A stretch of DNA of 64,000 bases from Nitrosopumilus sp. (GCA_965238275.1 OZ250186.1:224001-288000); one strand, 5' to 3'; positions 19,250 to 30,002 are shown, numbered from the stretch's first letter. Notes: a model not told the origin generated them from the sequence alone. Program-made: numbers and translations.

Positions 19250-19762
19250 TCATTCGATGTCTGCAATGACGTCGCCCTTGGCAACAGTCGCAGTGTCCTT
19301 GATCTTCAGGGATCTTATCACGCCTGACTTGTGCGCCTTGATTGCAACCTGCATCTTCATGGACTCCAAGGTGCAGACAGTGTCTCCTGTCTGGACCGTG
19401 TCCCCCTCGGCCACCGCAATCGAGACGACCTTGCCTGGAATCTGGCTTTTGAGCCCGGTCTGCGCGTTGGCAGTGCTTGCCCCTCCGGAGTTCTTGTAGA
19501 CTATGTCGTCAAAGTCAACGTGCATGTTGACTGTAATGGGCGTGTTGTCCACCACCAGACTCATCTCGCTGGTGGAGTTTCCCAGGTACTTTGCCTTGTG
19601 GTATTTTTGATCCAGAATGAACTCGATTCCCTTAGAGTCCATCGCCAGTATCTTCAGCCGGTGCTCCGTGTCGTCTATTTTTATGGCATAGTCTCCCCCT
19701 CCGAGGTTTTCAGTTATTCTGCCGTCAAATGCTCTCTTGGTGTCTTGTATTCTGTACTTCAT
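19250..19762 (-). CDS. accB: Biotin carboxyl carrier protein of acetyl/propionyl-CoA carboxylase
   Basis: LESMKM biotinylation motif. Confidence 0.92.
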   Translation of the reverse strand: MKYRIQDTKRAFDGRITENLGGGDYAIKIDDTEHRLKILAMDSKGIEFILDQKYHKAKYLGNSTSEMSLVVDNTPITVNMHVDFDDIVYKNSGGASTANAQTGLKSQIPGKVVSIAVAEGDTVQTGDTVCTLESMKMQVAIKAHKSGVIRSLKIKDTATVAKGDVIADIE

Positions 19763-19769
19763 TGTTCCA

Positions 19770-21257
19770 TCAGTCCAGCCTGTTTCTCCAGCTTGATCTT
19801 GTGTCCGAATCCTGTCGCACCCGGCTCTTAAAGTATTCGGAATGAATTATCGCAGCTGCAAGGGCCGCCTGGCTCTTTGCATCCTGTTCCCTTTTGATGT
19901 CCTTAGAGAGCCTGTCTATCATGCCGTGCCTCTGGAGAAAGTCGGTAGTGAGATTGCCGTTTTTGTACTCTTCAGATTCCATGATGGTCTTGTAGAGTGG
20001 AATCGAGGTCTCCACGCCCTGGACGTAAAAGTCGTTGAGGGCCACAAGCATCCGGGATCTTGACTCCTCAAATGTCTGCCCCCACGTGACAAGCTTGGCC
20101 ATCAGGGAGTCATAAAACGGCGATACCGTGCATCCGGGATAGAGGTAGGTGTCGCACCTTACCCCCGGCCCTGCAGGGATGGTCACGTCTGGCACCGGCC
20201 CGGTTGAGGGGGCAAACTCAAGGAACGTGTCCTCTGCGTTGATTCTGCACTCTATGGCATAGCCGTTCATCTTGAGATCGCTTTGCTTGAAGGGTATGGG
20301 CTCCCCGTTTGCAATGTCCAGCTGCAGCTTGACCAAATCAAGCCCGGAGACAAACTCGGTGATCGGGTGCTCCACTTGCAGCCTGGCATTAATCTCGATA
20401 AAGTAAAACTCTCCGTTGTCTGCCCGCAGGAACTCGGCGGTGCCCAGATTGGTATAGTCTACAGCATCGGCTGCATTGCACACTATCTGGCCTATGCGCT
20501 CCCTTGTCTCCTCGTCTACGATAGGCGAGGGCGTCTGCTCGATCAGCTTCTGGTTTCTCCTCTGGATGGAGCACTCCCGCTCGAAGATGTGGACGGTGTT
20601 CCCGTGGGTGTCCCTTGCCATCTGGTACTCTATGTGCCTGGTCTTTTCAAGGAATTTTTCTACAAGGATTGCCGACTTGCCCACGGCCGCGATGGACTCG
20701 CCTGTGACAGAATCGTATCCCTGGCGCAGCTCCTCGTCGTTGTGTGCAAGTCTGATTCCGCGTCCCCCTCCGCCGTACACGGACTTTAGAAGGACAGGGT
20801 ATCCTATCTTGTTTGCAACGTCTGCTGCCTCGTCTGCGTCATTCACCAGGTCCGGGCTTCCCGGGACTGTCGGCACGCCTGCCTTGAGCATGGCCGCCTT
20901 GCACCGCATCTTGTCGCCGCACAGATTCATGGAATCAGCAGACGGGCCGATAAAGTTGACGTGGCTCCCCTCGCACAGCCTTGCAAAGTCGTCATTCTCG
21001 GACAGAAAGCCGTATCCCGGATGGATCGCATCGGCCCCGGACGAGAGAATCACCTCGAGGATCTTCTGCTGGTTCAGGTAGGACTTTGCAGGTGCCGCGG
21101 GCCCTATGTGGTATGCCTCGCTTGCCTGCTTTACGTGAAGCGAGTTGCGATCCTCGTCAGAGTATACTGCCACGGTCTTGATGCCAAGGGCCTTGCACGT
21201 CCTGATGACGCGCAGCGCAATCTCCCCCCTGTTTGCGATAAGTACCTTCTCAATCAT
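19770..21257 (-). CDS. accC: Biotin carboxylase
   Basis: IANRGEIA, HPGYGFLSEN, GGGGRG, RECSIQRR, EINARLQVEH. Confidence 0.96.
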   Translation of the reverse strand: MIEKVLIANRGEIALRVIRTCKALGIKTVAVYSDEDRNSLHVKQASEAYHIGPAAPAKSYLNQQKILEVILSSGADAIHPGYGFLSENDDFARLCEGSHVNFIGPSADSMNLCGDKMRCKAAMLKAGVPTVPGSPDLVNDADEAADVANKIGYPVLLKSVYGGGGRGIRLAHNDEELRQGYDSVTGESIAAVGKSAILVEKFLEKTRHIEYQMARDTHGNTVHIFERECSIQRRNQKLIEQTPSPIVDEETRERIGQIVCNAADAVDYTNLGTAEFLRADNGEFYFIEINARLQVEHPITEFVSGLDLVKLQLDIANGEPIPFKQSDLKMNGYAIECRINAEDTFLEFAPSTGPVPDVTIPAGPGVRCDTYLYPGCTVSPFYDSLMAKLVTWGQTFEESRSRMLVALNDFYVQGVETSIPLYKTIMESEEYKNGNLTTDFLQRHGMIDRLSKDIKREQDAKSQAALAAAIIHSEYFKSRVRQDSDTRSSWRNRLD

Positions 21258-21263
21258 GACTCA

Positions 21264-22811
21264 TCACAGGTTTATGTTCCCGTGCTTTCGCGGAAGCTGT
21301 TTTTCGCGCTTGTTTGCAAGCATTCTGAGGGCCTTGATGAGCATCGGTCTGGTCTCGGCAGGATCAATTACGTTGTCCACGGTTCCATGCGATGCTGCAA
21401 CGTAGGGGTTTTCGAACTTTTCTGCAAACTCGTCAATCAGACTCCCCTTGAGGGACTCGGGATTCTTCGCGGCGTTTAACTCTTTTCTGTACATTATCTT
21501 GACTGCAGCCTCCCCCCCCAGGACGGCGCACCTTGCAGTGGGCCAGGCATAGTTTATGTCGGTTCTGAGGTTCTTGCTGCCCATGGCGATGTACGCACCG
21601 CCGTAGGCCTTTCCGATGACCAGCGTGATGCGGGGAACGGTGGCCTCGCAGTACGCATACAGCAGCTTGCTGCCGTGCCGGATGATCCCGTTGTGCTCCT
21701 GGTTGGAGCCGGGCATGTATCCGGGGGTGTCGACTAGCGTGATTATCGGTATGTTGAAGGCATCGCAGAACCTGATGAACCGAGATGCCTTGCTTGAGGA
21801 GTCTATGTCAAGGGAGCCTGCAAGATGCATCGGCTGGTTTGCAATTATTCCGACCACCCTTCCGCCAAGCCTGCCATACCCCACTATGATGTTTGGTGCA
21901 AACAGCTCGTGCACCTCGAAAAAGTCGTGGTCGTCTACTATCGAGTTGATGATCTCCTTCATGTCATACGGCTGCAGCGGGTTTTCAGGGATTATGTTGA
22001 CAAGATTGTGGTCCAGCCTGTTGGGATCATCGTCTGTGCCTGTCCGGGGCGGCGCCTCGGTGTTGTTTTGCGGGAGAAACGAGACGAGTTTCTTGATGTA
22101 GTCCATGCACTCGTACTCGTTTTCTGCAACAAAGTGCGCAACGCCGCTCTTTGAGCCGTGCGTCATGGCCCCGCCAAGGTCGTCAAAGGAGATCTCCTCG
22201 CCAAGCACCGTCTTGACCACATCAGGTCCGGTGACAAACATCGTTCCTGCCTTTTGCACCATCACCACAAAGTCAGTCATGGCAGGTGAGTATACGGCGC
22301 CTCCGGCGGAGGGCCCAATGCTTGCAGTAATCTGGGGAACCACCCCGGAGGCAAGCTGGTTGTGATAGAATATGTCTGCAAACCCGTCAAGGCTCATGAT
22401 GCCTTCCTGGATTCGTGCGCCGCCGGAATCCATTATGCCGATTATCGGGCATCCTGTCCTGAGCGCATGATCCATGAGTTTGGTGATCTTTTTGGCCCCC
22501 ATCTGGCTAAGCGTTCCGCCAAGAACCGTAAAGTCATATGCAAATACAAACACCTGCCTTCCGCTGATGTCTCCGTACCCGCCCACAACGCCGTCGGTGA
22601 AGAACTTTTTCTTCTGCATGTCATACTCGTGGTAGTGGTGGGTGGTCATCGGGTCGACTTCGGTAAACGTACCCTCGTCAAGCAGCAGATCGATTCTTTC
22701 GCGGGCAGTCAGCTTGCCCTTTTCGTGCTGGGTCCTTATCCTGTCCTGGCCGCCGCCCTGGAGCGCAGTATTCTTGTGTCGGAGATACTCGTCAATCTTT
22801 TCTGAGTGCAT
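21264..22811 (-). CDS. pccB: Acyl-CoA carboxylase carboxyltransferase subunit
   Basis: GKLTARERI, DSGGARIQEG, KAYGGAY, PRKHGN. Confidence 0.93.
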   Translation of the reverse strand: MHSEKIDEYLRHKNTALQGGGQDRIRTQHEKGKLTARERIDLLLDEGTFTEVDPMTTHHYHEYDMQKKKFFTDGVVGGYGDISGRQVFVFAYDFTVLGGTLSQMGAKKITKLMDHALRTGCPIIGIMDSGGARIQEGIMSLDGFADIFYHNQLASGVVPQITASIGPSAGGAVYSPAMTDFVVMVQKAGTMFVTGPDVVKTVLGEEISFDDLGGAMTHGSKSGVAHFVAENEYECMDYIKKLVSFLPQNNTEAPPRTGTDDDPNRLDHNLVNIIPENPLQPYDMKEIINSIVDDHDFFEVHELFAPNIIVGYGRLGGRVVGIIANQPMHLAGSLDIDSSSKASRFIRFCDAFNIPIITLVDTPGYMPGSNQEHNGIIRHGSKLLYAYCEATVPRITLVIGKAYGGAYIAMGSKNLRTDINYAWPTARCAVLGGEAAVKIMYRKELNAAKNPESLKGSLIDEFAEKFENPYVAASHGTVDNVIDPAETRPMLIKALRMLANKREKQLPRKHGNINL

Positions 22812-23024
22812 GACTGTGATACAGGGATCAGGTGTTATATTAATTTAATTTACTGGAATCGCCAGATCGCCCAAAATCAAAACACCGCATCAGGGTTTGG
22901 GGTTCCATTGGTAACCATCGGGATGGTCCGCCATCGTATACCCAGAATGGCCTGGCATCCAAGGATTGCACCTGCAATGCCAGACACTGCAGAATCATCT
23001 ATTTCTGGGATAGTCGATCGCATG

Positions 23025-23363
23025 TCAATTGGAGGACGGCGCATTCTCGGATCCAAGAATCCGGAACTTTTTGTTCGAGGCGCTCCGGTATGAGGCCAGC
23101 GGGCTGCTGCCCTGCTGCCGGCTGCACCTGTCGCAGATGCAAAACGGGGATACGTTCTGTATGTCGCACTCGTCTGCAAACTCGCACTCCGGACACCCTG
23201 CAGGGCCGCCGCATATGATGCAGTCCAGCCCGGCAGTCTCGGCGCATTTTTCGTGCTTGACTCCCAGCCCCCTTGCCCACAGTCCCATCTCGTTTACCTG
23301 GATCTTCTCCTTGCAGACTATGCAGGTGCCGGGATACTTCATGGGCATCTTCCTCCAGCTCAT
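23025..23363 (-). CDS. Cys-rich putative zinc-binding hypothetical protein
   Basis: MSWRKMPMKYPGTCIVC...KHEKC...CIICG..AGCPECEF...CICDRC; ATG overlaps the rfcL stop. Confidence 0.75.
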   Translation of the reverse strand: MSWRKMPMKYPGTCIVCKEKIQVNEMGLWARGLGVKHEKCAETAGLDCIICGGPAGCPECEFADECDIQNVSPFCICDRCSRQQGSSPLASYRSASNKKFRILGSENAPSSN

Positions 23364-24535
23364 CGTGCCTTTCCTGCCTCCTCCTCCTTTTTGATTATCT
23401 CTCCAAACTTCTCCAGTTCGGGGCCAGTCTCCAGGGATCCGTTCTTCAGGCAGTGCAGCATGTACGGCATGGATATTGTGACAAACGCGCTGGCAGACAT
23501 GTGCAGGCTTTTTGCCATCAGCAGCGAAAGCGATCTTATCTTGGCACCGTCCCACCGGATCCTGTTGAGCAGTGGCCACGAGATGTTGTACTGCGAGTAC
23601 CTGATTCTGGGATCATTGACGTACAGCCTTATCAGTATGCCGTTGAGGTACCGGAGAAGCCTCCAGTTCTGGGTGCGAAGAATCCGCCCGTACAGCATGT
23701 CTGCCTGCGATATCACGTCCAGATGGCGCGCAAGGGCCGGGCCGTCAAGCTTGCTTGATATTATGCTGGAGTAGAATGCGCCGATCTTTGTTCTGGGGTC
23801 GCCGTCCATCATGTACAGGATGCCTTCTGCCTCCCTTGCAGTCTCGGCCTTGAAGAACGCGTTGATGGCAGCCTCGGGGGATATGCCGCCTGTGGGTGAT
23901 TCGACAGGCGGGCTGAATCCGGTCGCCATGGATTGTGCAAGGTTGATCATGGAGCGTATGTCCCCGCCGGACCTGTTGATTGTCTTTATCAGGGAGCCGG
24001 GACTCAGCACCGCATTCTCCCTCTTCAGTATGTCCTCAAGGTACATCCGGAGGAGACGCGGCGGGATCTTTTTGAACTGTACTATTACAGAGGCCTTGCA
24101 GATCCCCTTCATCTTGTCTGAGGTTATGTCGTTTGCTGCAAGCACTATCGGAACAGTCGGCACCTTGAGTATCGCTGTAAGGGCTGCGGCCCCCCCGTAG
24201 TCTCCCCGCCCGTGTATCCCGTCTACCTCGTCGATGAAGATCATCGGGGAACCCATGACGCTTGCGTTTCCCAGCGCAGGGCCCAGAATCTCGTTGATCT
24301 TGGACTTGCTCCTAGTATCGCTTGCGTTGAGGCCCAGCATGTCATACCCGAACTGTCCTGCCGTAATGTATGCCAGGGTTGTCTTGCCCACACCGGGCGG
24401 ACCTGTCAGAAGGAGCGGTTTTGTGCCCTTTCTCCATTTGGCAAACCACTCCATGACTGCCGCCCGCGGCTCCTCGTTTCCCACCATGTCGCAGACGGCC
24501 GAAGGCCGGTACTTCTCAGACCACATCAACTGCAC
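23360..24535 (-). CDS. rfcL: Replication factor C large subunit
   Basis: WSEKYRP, GPPGVGKT, LNASDTR, DEVDG. Confidence 0.92.
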   Translation of the reverse strand: MQLMWSEKYRPSAVCDMVGNEEPRAAVMEWFAKWRKGTKPLLLTGPPGVGKTTLAYITAGQFGYDMLGLNASDTRSKSKINEILGPALGNASVMGSPMIFIDEVDGIHGRGDYGGAAALTAILKVPTVPIVLAANDITSDKMKGICKASVIVQFKKIPPRLLRMYLEDILKRENAVLSPGSLIKTINRSGGDIRSMINLAQSMATGFSPPVESPTGGISPEAAINAFFKAETAREAEGILYMMDGDPRTKIGAFYSSIISSKLDGPALARHLDVISQADMLYGRILRTQNWRLLRYLNGILIRLYVNDPRIRYSQYNISWPLLNRIRWDGAKIRSLSLLMAKSLHMSASAFVTISMPYMLHCLKNGSLETGPELEKFGEIIKKEEEAGKAR

Positions 24536-24536
24536 A

Positions 24537-25652
24537 TCACCCCGGAAGCGAGGACTCGAACGCAGACCAGCTGTCTGACTTTTTCAGCCGGTCGTGCCAG
24601 TAGTGGCTGTAGTGCTCGACTGTCAGGAACAGAAACTCCAGAAACTCGCGGTGTGTAAAGTCATCCGGCAGCAGGCCGGTTGCAAGCCTTGCATCCTGCA
24701 GGTACAGGTTGCTCTTCTCCAGGGTCAGATCAAAGCCCTTTCGGACATCGCCTGCAAGCAGGGAATAGTATAACGGCCATGACGGAATCTTTACAAAGCC
24801 GTTCTTCATCGAGTCCTCCATCTCGTTGCCGCACCCGACGCCCTCTGCTGCCCTTGCCATTCCCATATAGAATATCTCCCCCAGTGGCCTCTGCGCCAGT
24901 GCCATGTTCCTGCCGGCGGTGCCCATGACGGCCCGGTACTTTTTGTAGGATAGCGTCATCTCCTCTTCGGTAATCTCAGTTGGCTTTGACTTGAGCCGCT
25001 CATCAAGGTCCTGCCCTATCCGGGCATCCCGGAACCCCCGCTCAAACTCCTCAAGAACTTTGCTGCCGCCCCTGGATATCTTGTCGCGGGCAAGCCTCAG
25101 GATGTACGGGTTCATCAGCTTGTAGTCGTCAAGAAACTCCAGATCCTCGTCCTTGTCGACTATCCTGTCCATGGGCTCGCTGAGATCGATTGCCAGTATG
25201 TGCCCCTCCACGATGTCGCGCCTCAGGCCGGGGTCGTCCTTTTGTGTATACTCTGATGCTGCATCAAAGAGCGCGTTGAATACGGGAAAGGTCATCTTGA
25301 CAAAATTCGAGTTCAGTATGCGGAGGACCCTGTCCATGAGCACCTCTGGTTTTTCCAGGTTGGATCGTACCTGGCCGATCTTGGATGTCTCGAGTATCAT
25401 CTCGGAGGACTCGACCTCGTCTCCAAAGGCCTGCTGGGTTCCGGCCGGATCCCCATCGGAGATTATCAGGCCGTGAAGATCCCGTGCAAACCTTTGTGCA
25501 AAATCCGGAAACCCGGCTTCTGTCTCCTCCTTGTACTGTTTGAACATCTTGAACCCCTTGGACTTGAACAGTCCCTGTTTGAGGATCTGCTTGCCAGGCC
25601 TGGTGCTCAGCAGCGCATCCTTGCCCACCACTGACTGATCCTTGCCACTCAC
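24537..25652 (-). CDS. Hypothetical protein (371 aa), apparently co-transcribed with rfcL
   Basis: Long ORF abutting rfcL; no motif recognised. Confidence 0.75.
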   Translation of the reverse strand: MSGKDQSVVGKDALLSTRPGKQILKQGLFKSKGFKMFKQYKEETEAGFPDFAQRFARDLHGLIISDGDPAGTQQAFGDEVESSEMILETSKIGQVRSNLEKPEVLMDRVLRILNSNFVKMTFPVFNALFDAASEYTQKDDPGLRRDIVEGHILAIDLSEPMDRIVDKDEDLEFLDDYKLMNPYILRLARDKISRGGSKVLEEFERGFRDARIGQDLDERLKSKPTEITEEEMTLSYKKYRAVMGTAGRNMALAQRPLGEIFYMGMARAAEGVGCGNEMEDSMKNGFVKIPSWPLYYSLLAGDVRKGFDLTLEKSNLYLQDARLATGLLPDDFTHREFLEFLFLTVEHYSHYWHDRLKKSDSWSAFESSLPG

Positions 25653-25749
25653 AAATTATGGCCTGTTTTTTGGTATTTATGCCTTCAATGTGCGCAGCAT
25701 GTCCCGGGCCAATCCTTCACTTAAATTACGAACGTCCAGATCGTCCCCC

Positions 25750-26583
25750 ATGGATGCAGCAGGTGTCCTCATGGAGGCCTCCAGGAGAATCTTTGAGAGC
25801 GTGGAGGGGATGGCAGGCACCGGCAGGGCCGCAGGGGACTTTGGGATAGGCGCAGGAGGGGACGTATCTCGAAACATAGACATCGTAGCAGAGAAGGCAG
25901 TGCTGGACTACCTCAGGGAGGTCGACTTTGAGTGTGTCGTCTTGGGCGAGGAGTGCGGAAGGGTAGAGCTCTCCGAGAACCCCAAAGGATACGTCATCAT
26001 GGATGCGATAGACGGCTCTGCCAACGCAGTGCACGGCGTCCCGTTCTTTTGCAGCTCCTTGGCGTTTGCCACGCAGTACAGCCTCAGCTCGGTTACCGAG
26101 GGGGTGGTTACGAATCTGACTGACGGACAGGCGTACAGCGCCTCAAGGGGAAAGGGCGCATTCATGGACGGTAGGCGCATAAGCGTCAGCGGCCAGAACC
26201 CCATCTACAGGATAATAGGGGTCAACACGTCAGGCGCCACTACAGACCTGATGAGAAGGATGCAGCCGGTATTTGAGAACAACCACACGAGGCACTTTGG
26301 TGCAAACGCCCTTGAGATGGCGCTTATTGCGCGGGGCTGCATGGACATGCTAATCGATCTGAGGGCAAAGATCAGAATCCAGGACATTGCCGCAGGATAC
26401 CTGCTGGTAAAGGAGGCAGGCGGCCTCATGCTGGACGGGAACCTGAATCCGCTGGATGCGGATCTGGACTATGGCACAAGAATCTCATTCATTGCCGCTG
26501 CCAACAACGGCATTCTCGGCGAGATAATGTCGCAGATCAACGGTACCGCGCCGGGGGACGGCGGTCAGTCCGGTGCCGGATGA
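25750..26583 (+). CDS. Inositol monophosphatase / FBPase family protein
   Basis: LGEE, DAIDGSAN, RHFGANA, DIAAG.LLVKEAGG. Confidence 0.9.
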   Translation: MDAAGVLMEASRRIFESVEGMAGTGRAAGDFGIGAGGDVSRNIDIVAEKAVLDYLREVDFECVVLGEECGRVELSENPKGYVIMDAIDGSANAVHGVPFFCSSLAFATQYSLSSVTEGVVTNLTDGQAYSASRGKGAFMDGRRISVSGQNPIYRIIGVNTSGATTDLMRRMQPVFENNHTRHFGANALEMALIARGCMDMLIDLRAKIRIQDIAAGYLLVKEAGGLMLDGNLNPLDADLDYGTRISFIAAANNGILGEIMSQINGTAPGDGGQSGAG

Positions 26584-26641
26584 TACACTGGACATTCTAT
26601 AAAAGAAATACATTTAACCAAAGTTAGGAACTACCGTTTGT

Positions 26642-27484
26642 ATGGTAAAGGAGACAAAGGCCAGGATTACCTACGTAGAGCTGCTAAAGGAGGATTTGGT
26701 CATCATACGGCTGACTCCGGAGACGGGGATGCCACGGTACAGGACTGGCCAGTTTCTGACAATCGGCGTTCCGATACCCGCAGAAAAGAAGATCGTCAGA
26801 AGGGCATACTCCATCGCATCGCACCCGGAGAACAGAGACTACTATGAATTTGTAATAAGGTGGGTAAGAAAGCCGCTCCCGGGCCGCGTCACCACGGAGC
26901 TGTTCTATGCAAGCGTGGGTGATGTGGTGCACCTTGGGGATCCGACCGGCGCTGCGCTGCAGATAAGCCAGATACTGCCAGACGGCTCAGAGGACACCAG
27001 AAGGATAATCTGTGTTGGCGGAGGGACCGGACTGGCGCCGTTTATCGCCTTTGCAAAGCACCTGCACGACATCGGCGACAAAAGGGAGCTCATCGTGCTG
27101 CACGGCGCAAGCTATGTAGATGAGCTGAGCTACAAGCGCTTCCTGACTGACCTGGAGATAGAAAGCGAGGCCAGGGGAAGGGACCAGTGGGACTTTAAGT
27201 ACCGGGCTGCAATCAGCAGGCCAAAGGAGTTCTTCAACAGGTCATGGAACGGCCACGTGGGCAGGGTGGAGTCATTCTTCAAGCCAAACAAAAGGACTGG
27301 AATGTCACCAATCGAGGAGATGGTAGGCGAAGAGATCACTCCACAGAATACGATGATCTACATCTGCGGGTACCAGGGAACCATTGACGGGGTCATGGAG
27401 TCAATCGGCTCAAAAGGGTTCATCACAGAACACGAAAAGGACGCAGATGGAAACTATTCAATAAAGTACGAGTCCTATGGATAG
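26642..27484 (+). CDS. Ferredoxin-NADP+ reductase family protein
   Basis: RRAYSIAS, GGGTGLAPF, YICG. Confidence 0.9.
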   Translation: MVKETKARITYVELLKEDLVIIRLTPETGMPRYRTGQFLTIGVPIPAEKKIVRRAYSIASHPENRDYYEFVIRWVRKPLPGRVTTELFYASVGDVVHLGDPTGAALQISQILPDGSEDTRRIICVGGGTGLAPFIAFAKHLHDIGDKRELIVLHGASYVDELSYKRFLTDLEIESEARGRDQWDFKYRAAISRPKEFFNRSWNGHVGRVESFFKPNKRTGMSPIEEMVGEEITPQNTMIYICGYQGTIDGVMESIGSKGFITEHEKDADGNYSIKYESYG

Positions 27485-27622
27485 ACGGACTCGTAGATGA
27501 TGATGATGATGATGCCATATTCATGATGCAGCCACCAAGTGTCGAATCGACGTGTGGCCTGGCCGTCCGCATCAGACATAACGCAAACAGACATGCAGCG
27601 ACTGCGCCAGCATCAAATGGGG

Positions 27623-28696
27623 TGTAATATATGATAATTATTTCGCCTAGTCATCGGTGTCCACCTCCATCCATTTTGGGTTGTCATTCCTGATCGCTTC
27701 AGTGGCCTTTCTGTTGCGAAACGCAAGCAATGGGGTCTCGTAGTTGTCAATGTCCAAGGACCAGTGAAGCCTGCGTTCGTTGTAGTATTCAATGTATTTT
27801 GACAATGACTCGTAGTGGTAAATCTCTTCTTCTATGCTGCGGTGGAACCGCTCCAGCTTGCCGTTGGTCTGGGGGTGGTACGGCCTGGTGTTTATCAGCT
27901 CGATTCCGCGGTCCAGCAACTCGGCCTCAAAGGCGGTAGGCTGCCATGATCCGGCAGGTGCCTTCCTTCTCCTGCCGTCTTCCCCTTTCTTGTGCCTGCC
28001 TGCCGCGCCTACAAAGCACGAACCGTTGTCAGATAGTATGGTGGCAGGCGTTCCAAACGTCTCGATTGCCTTTTGCAGCACGGCCACCGCGTTCTCTGAG
28101 GTGGCCTCGGTGAACAGCTGCGCTGCCGCCACGCACCGGGAGGAGTCATCCAGATACGTGACTAGGTTGAGTCCCCTGAAGCGCGGATCCTTCATGACGT
28201 GCCAGTCAACATGCCACATCGCGTTTGAGTATCTTCTCTCAAAGCGGACCCACTTTCTCTTCTTGGACTTTGCAGGAGACGCAGTCACCAGACCGTTGTC
28301 CTTCATGATCCGATATGTCAGGGCGTAGCTAATATCATGATTCCTTCTCAGTTTTTTGGCCGTCTGCAGAACGCCTACGGGTTCACGCCCGTGCTCCTCT
28401 AGCACCATGCTCACATCCGCGTCTGTCGCGTGCACTGGTCTTCTTCCCGGTCTCTGCAGCGCATGCACGGTACCCGTACGCCGAAACTCTGCATACAGTT
28501 GCTGGATGCGCCTCTGGGACACACCCACTTGTTTTGCCACTGTGGATGTCTTCTGTCCCTTTTGACACTGTGTAATTGCATACCGTACTGCCTTTTGTGT
28601 AAGCCTCGCTACCATGGATTTTCTTGATCGGTACAGCACAAAATACTCCTTGATAGTTCTCCTAAAATTAGGACGAACTAATTCTCGTACAATAGA
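27623..28696 (-). mobile_element. Complete IS481-family element with a 16-bp flanking direct repeat
   Basis: Imperfect IRs TGTAATATATGATAATTATTTCG / TCTATTGTACGAGAATTAGTTCG; CCAGCATCAAATGGGG at 27607-27622 and 28697-28712. Confidence 0.85.
27647..28615 (-). CDS. IS481-family transposase
   Basis: N-terminal HTH, WHVD, DDSSR, SDNG, PYHPQTNGKLERF. Confidence 0.92.
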   Translation of the reverse strand: MVARLTQKAVRYAITQCQKGQKTSTVAKQVGVSQRRIQQLYAEFRRTGTVHALQRPGRRPVHATDADVSMVLEEHGREPVGVLQTAKKLRRNHDISYALTYRIMKDNGLVTASPAKSKKRKWVRFERRYSNAMWHVDWHVMKDPRFRGLNLVTYLDDSSRCVAAAQLFTEATSENAVAVLQKAIETFGTPATILSDNGSCFVGAAGRHKKGEDGRRRKAPAGSWQPTAFEAELLDRGIELINTRPYHPQTNGKLERFHRSIEEEIYHYESLSKYIEYYNERRLHWSLDIDNYETPLLAFRNRKATEAIRNDNPKWMEVDTDD

Positions 28697-28750
28697 CCAG
28701 CATCAAATGGGGGTATGAATTTTTATATTCAGGGTCATCTTCACAAAATC

Positions 28751-28918
28751 ATGACAGCACTTGCGTGCATTGACTACGGTTTCGAATGCGACTTTGTGAC
28801 ACAGGGGGACGTAGAGAAGATAGTGGAGGAGTTTAGGGTGCACATGGAAGAGGAGCACGGAATAGAATACTCTGCAGAGGCAATCATGCAGTTTGTCATG
28901 AGAAAGCAGGGCAGCTAG
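28751..28918 (+). CDS. DUF1059-like small metal-binding protein
   Basis: LACIDYGFECDF...HMEEEHG; TATA-like TTTTATAT at 28721. Confidence 0.8.
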   Translation: MTALACIDYGFECDFVTQGDVEKIVEEFRVHMEEEHGIEYSAEAIMQFVMRKQGS

Positions 28919-29991
28919 GCACCAGGCATCTTCATTCTAGCAGACAGTATCGGCAGTTCCTTGTCTATGATCTTCTCGACTGCAGGAACCAGCACCTTCT
29001 GGACTCTGGCACTCTCCTCGTAGATCTCAAATATCTGATCCCGGAAGAGCAGCTTGAGTCCGGGAAATGCCGTAATCCCCTCGTCGACTGTCCTTGGGTC
29101 AGACAGGTCCAGTATCAGGGTGCCCTTCTTCTTCTCCTCGAGTGCCAGATGGACGGTATCAGGGGTAATCAAAAAGTAGTCGGCAGTCGTGGCGACAAAC
29201 ACTATGTCGTATTTTTCAAAGTCGGCCATAACATCTGCAAAGTCGACTGGCTCTCCGCCAACCATGCTGCTGAATCCGGTTGCCCGTTCGATGGTTCTGC
29301 TTGTCACGGCAAACGAGATTCCCCTCTTGTTGAGGGTCTTTGCGACCATGGCAGCAGGTTCCCCGGTGCCTATCAGCAACACCTTCTTCTTTGAGTCCAG
29401 GCCTGCCTTCTCATCGACTAACCGGATTGCAACATCGCCAAGCGACATCACGTCCTTGCCGATTTTGGTGGTCTCCCGGATGCTGGTTGCCAGCCGGATC
29501 ACATCCCCAAACAGCTTGTTGATTATTCTCCCAGAGACGCCTGTAGCCTTTGCCTTGACCATGGACTCGATAATCTCCGCGTATACCTCCATCTTTCCGA
29601 TAACGACAGAGTCCAGACCTGTTGCAAGACGGAGCAGGTGCAGGTATACGTCATCGCCCTTGTACACCTCAAGGGTCTGATCAAAGTGATCGATATCAAT
29701 CTGCTCCAGCGTGGACAGGGAGACCCAGGTATCCTTGATCCTGTTCAGCGTCAAGCCCTTTCCCTCCTTGCGTCTTGCGTCAGGGGAGTCTTCAGTCACG
29801 ACGTTGCTGACTGTAAATATCTCAACCCTGCTTGCAGTCTGAAGGATTATGCATTCGTCCACCCCCGAAATCTTCCTGAACTCCTGGTACGCCACATCAA
29901 TGTCCTTGAATGTAAACTTTGAGAGCGTGTGCAGGGGAACGTTCTTGAAGGTAACCCGGGCATTCATTACATCAAAACTGATCTGGCTCAA
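28915..29991 (-). CDS. hemA: Glutamyl-tRNA reductase-like protein lacking the catalytic Cys
   Basis: HLLRLATGLDS, IGTGE NADPH loop, DLSDPRTVD; TASRVE replaces TCNRxE; only 358 aa. Confidence 0.75.
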   Translation of the reverse strand: MSQISFDVMNARVTFKNVPLHTLSKFTFKDIDVAYQEFRKISGVDECIILQTASRVEIFTVSNVVTEDSPDARRKEGKGLTLNRIKDTWVSLSTLEQIDIDHFDQTLEVYKGDDVYLHLLRLATGLDSVVIGKMEVYAEIIESMVKAKATGVSGRIINKLFGDVIRLATSIRETTKIGKDVMSLGDVAIRLVDEKAGLDSKKKVLLIGTGEPAAMVAKTLNKRGISFAVTSRTIERATGFSSMVGGEPVDFADVMADFEKYDIVFVATTADYFLITPDTVHLALEEKKKGTLILDLSDPRTVDEGITAFPGLKLLFRDQIFEIYEESARVQKVLVPAVEKIIDKELPILSARMKMPGA

Positions 29992-30002
29992 ACCATCACC
30001 TA

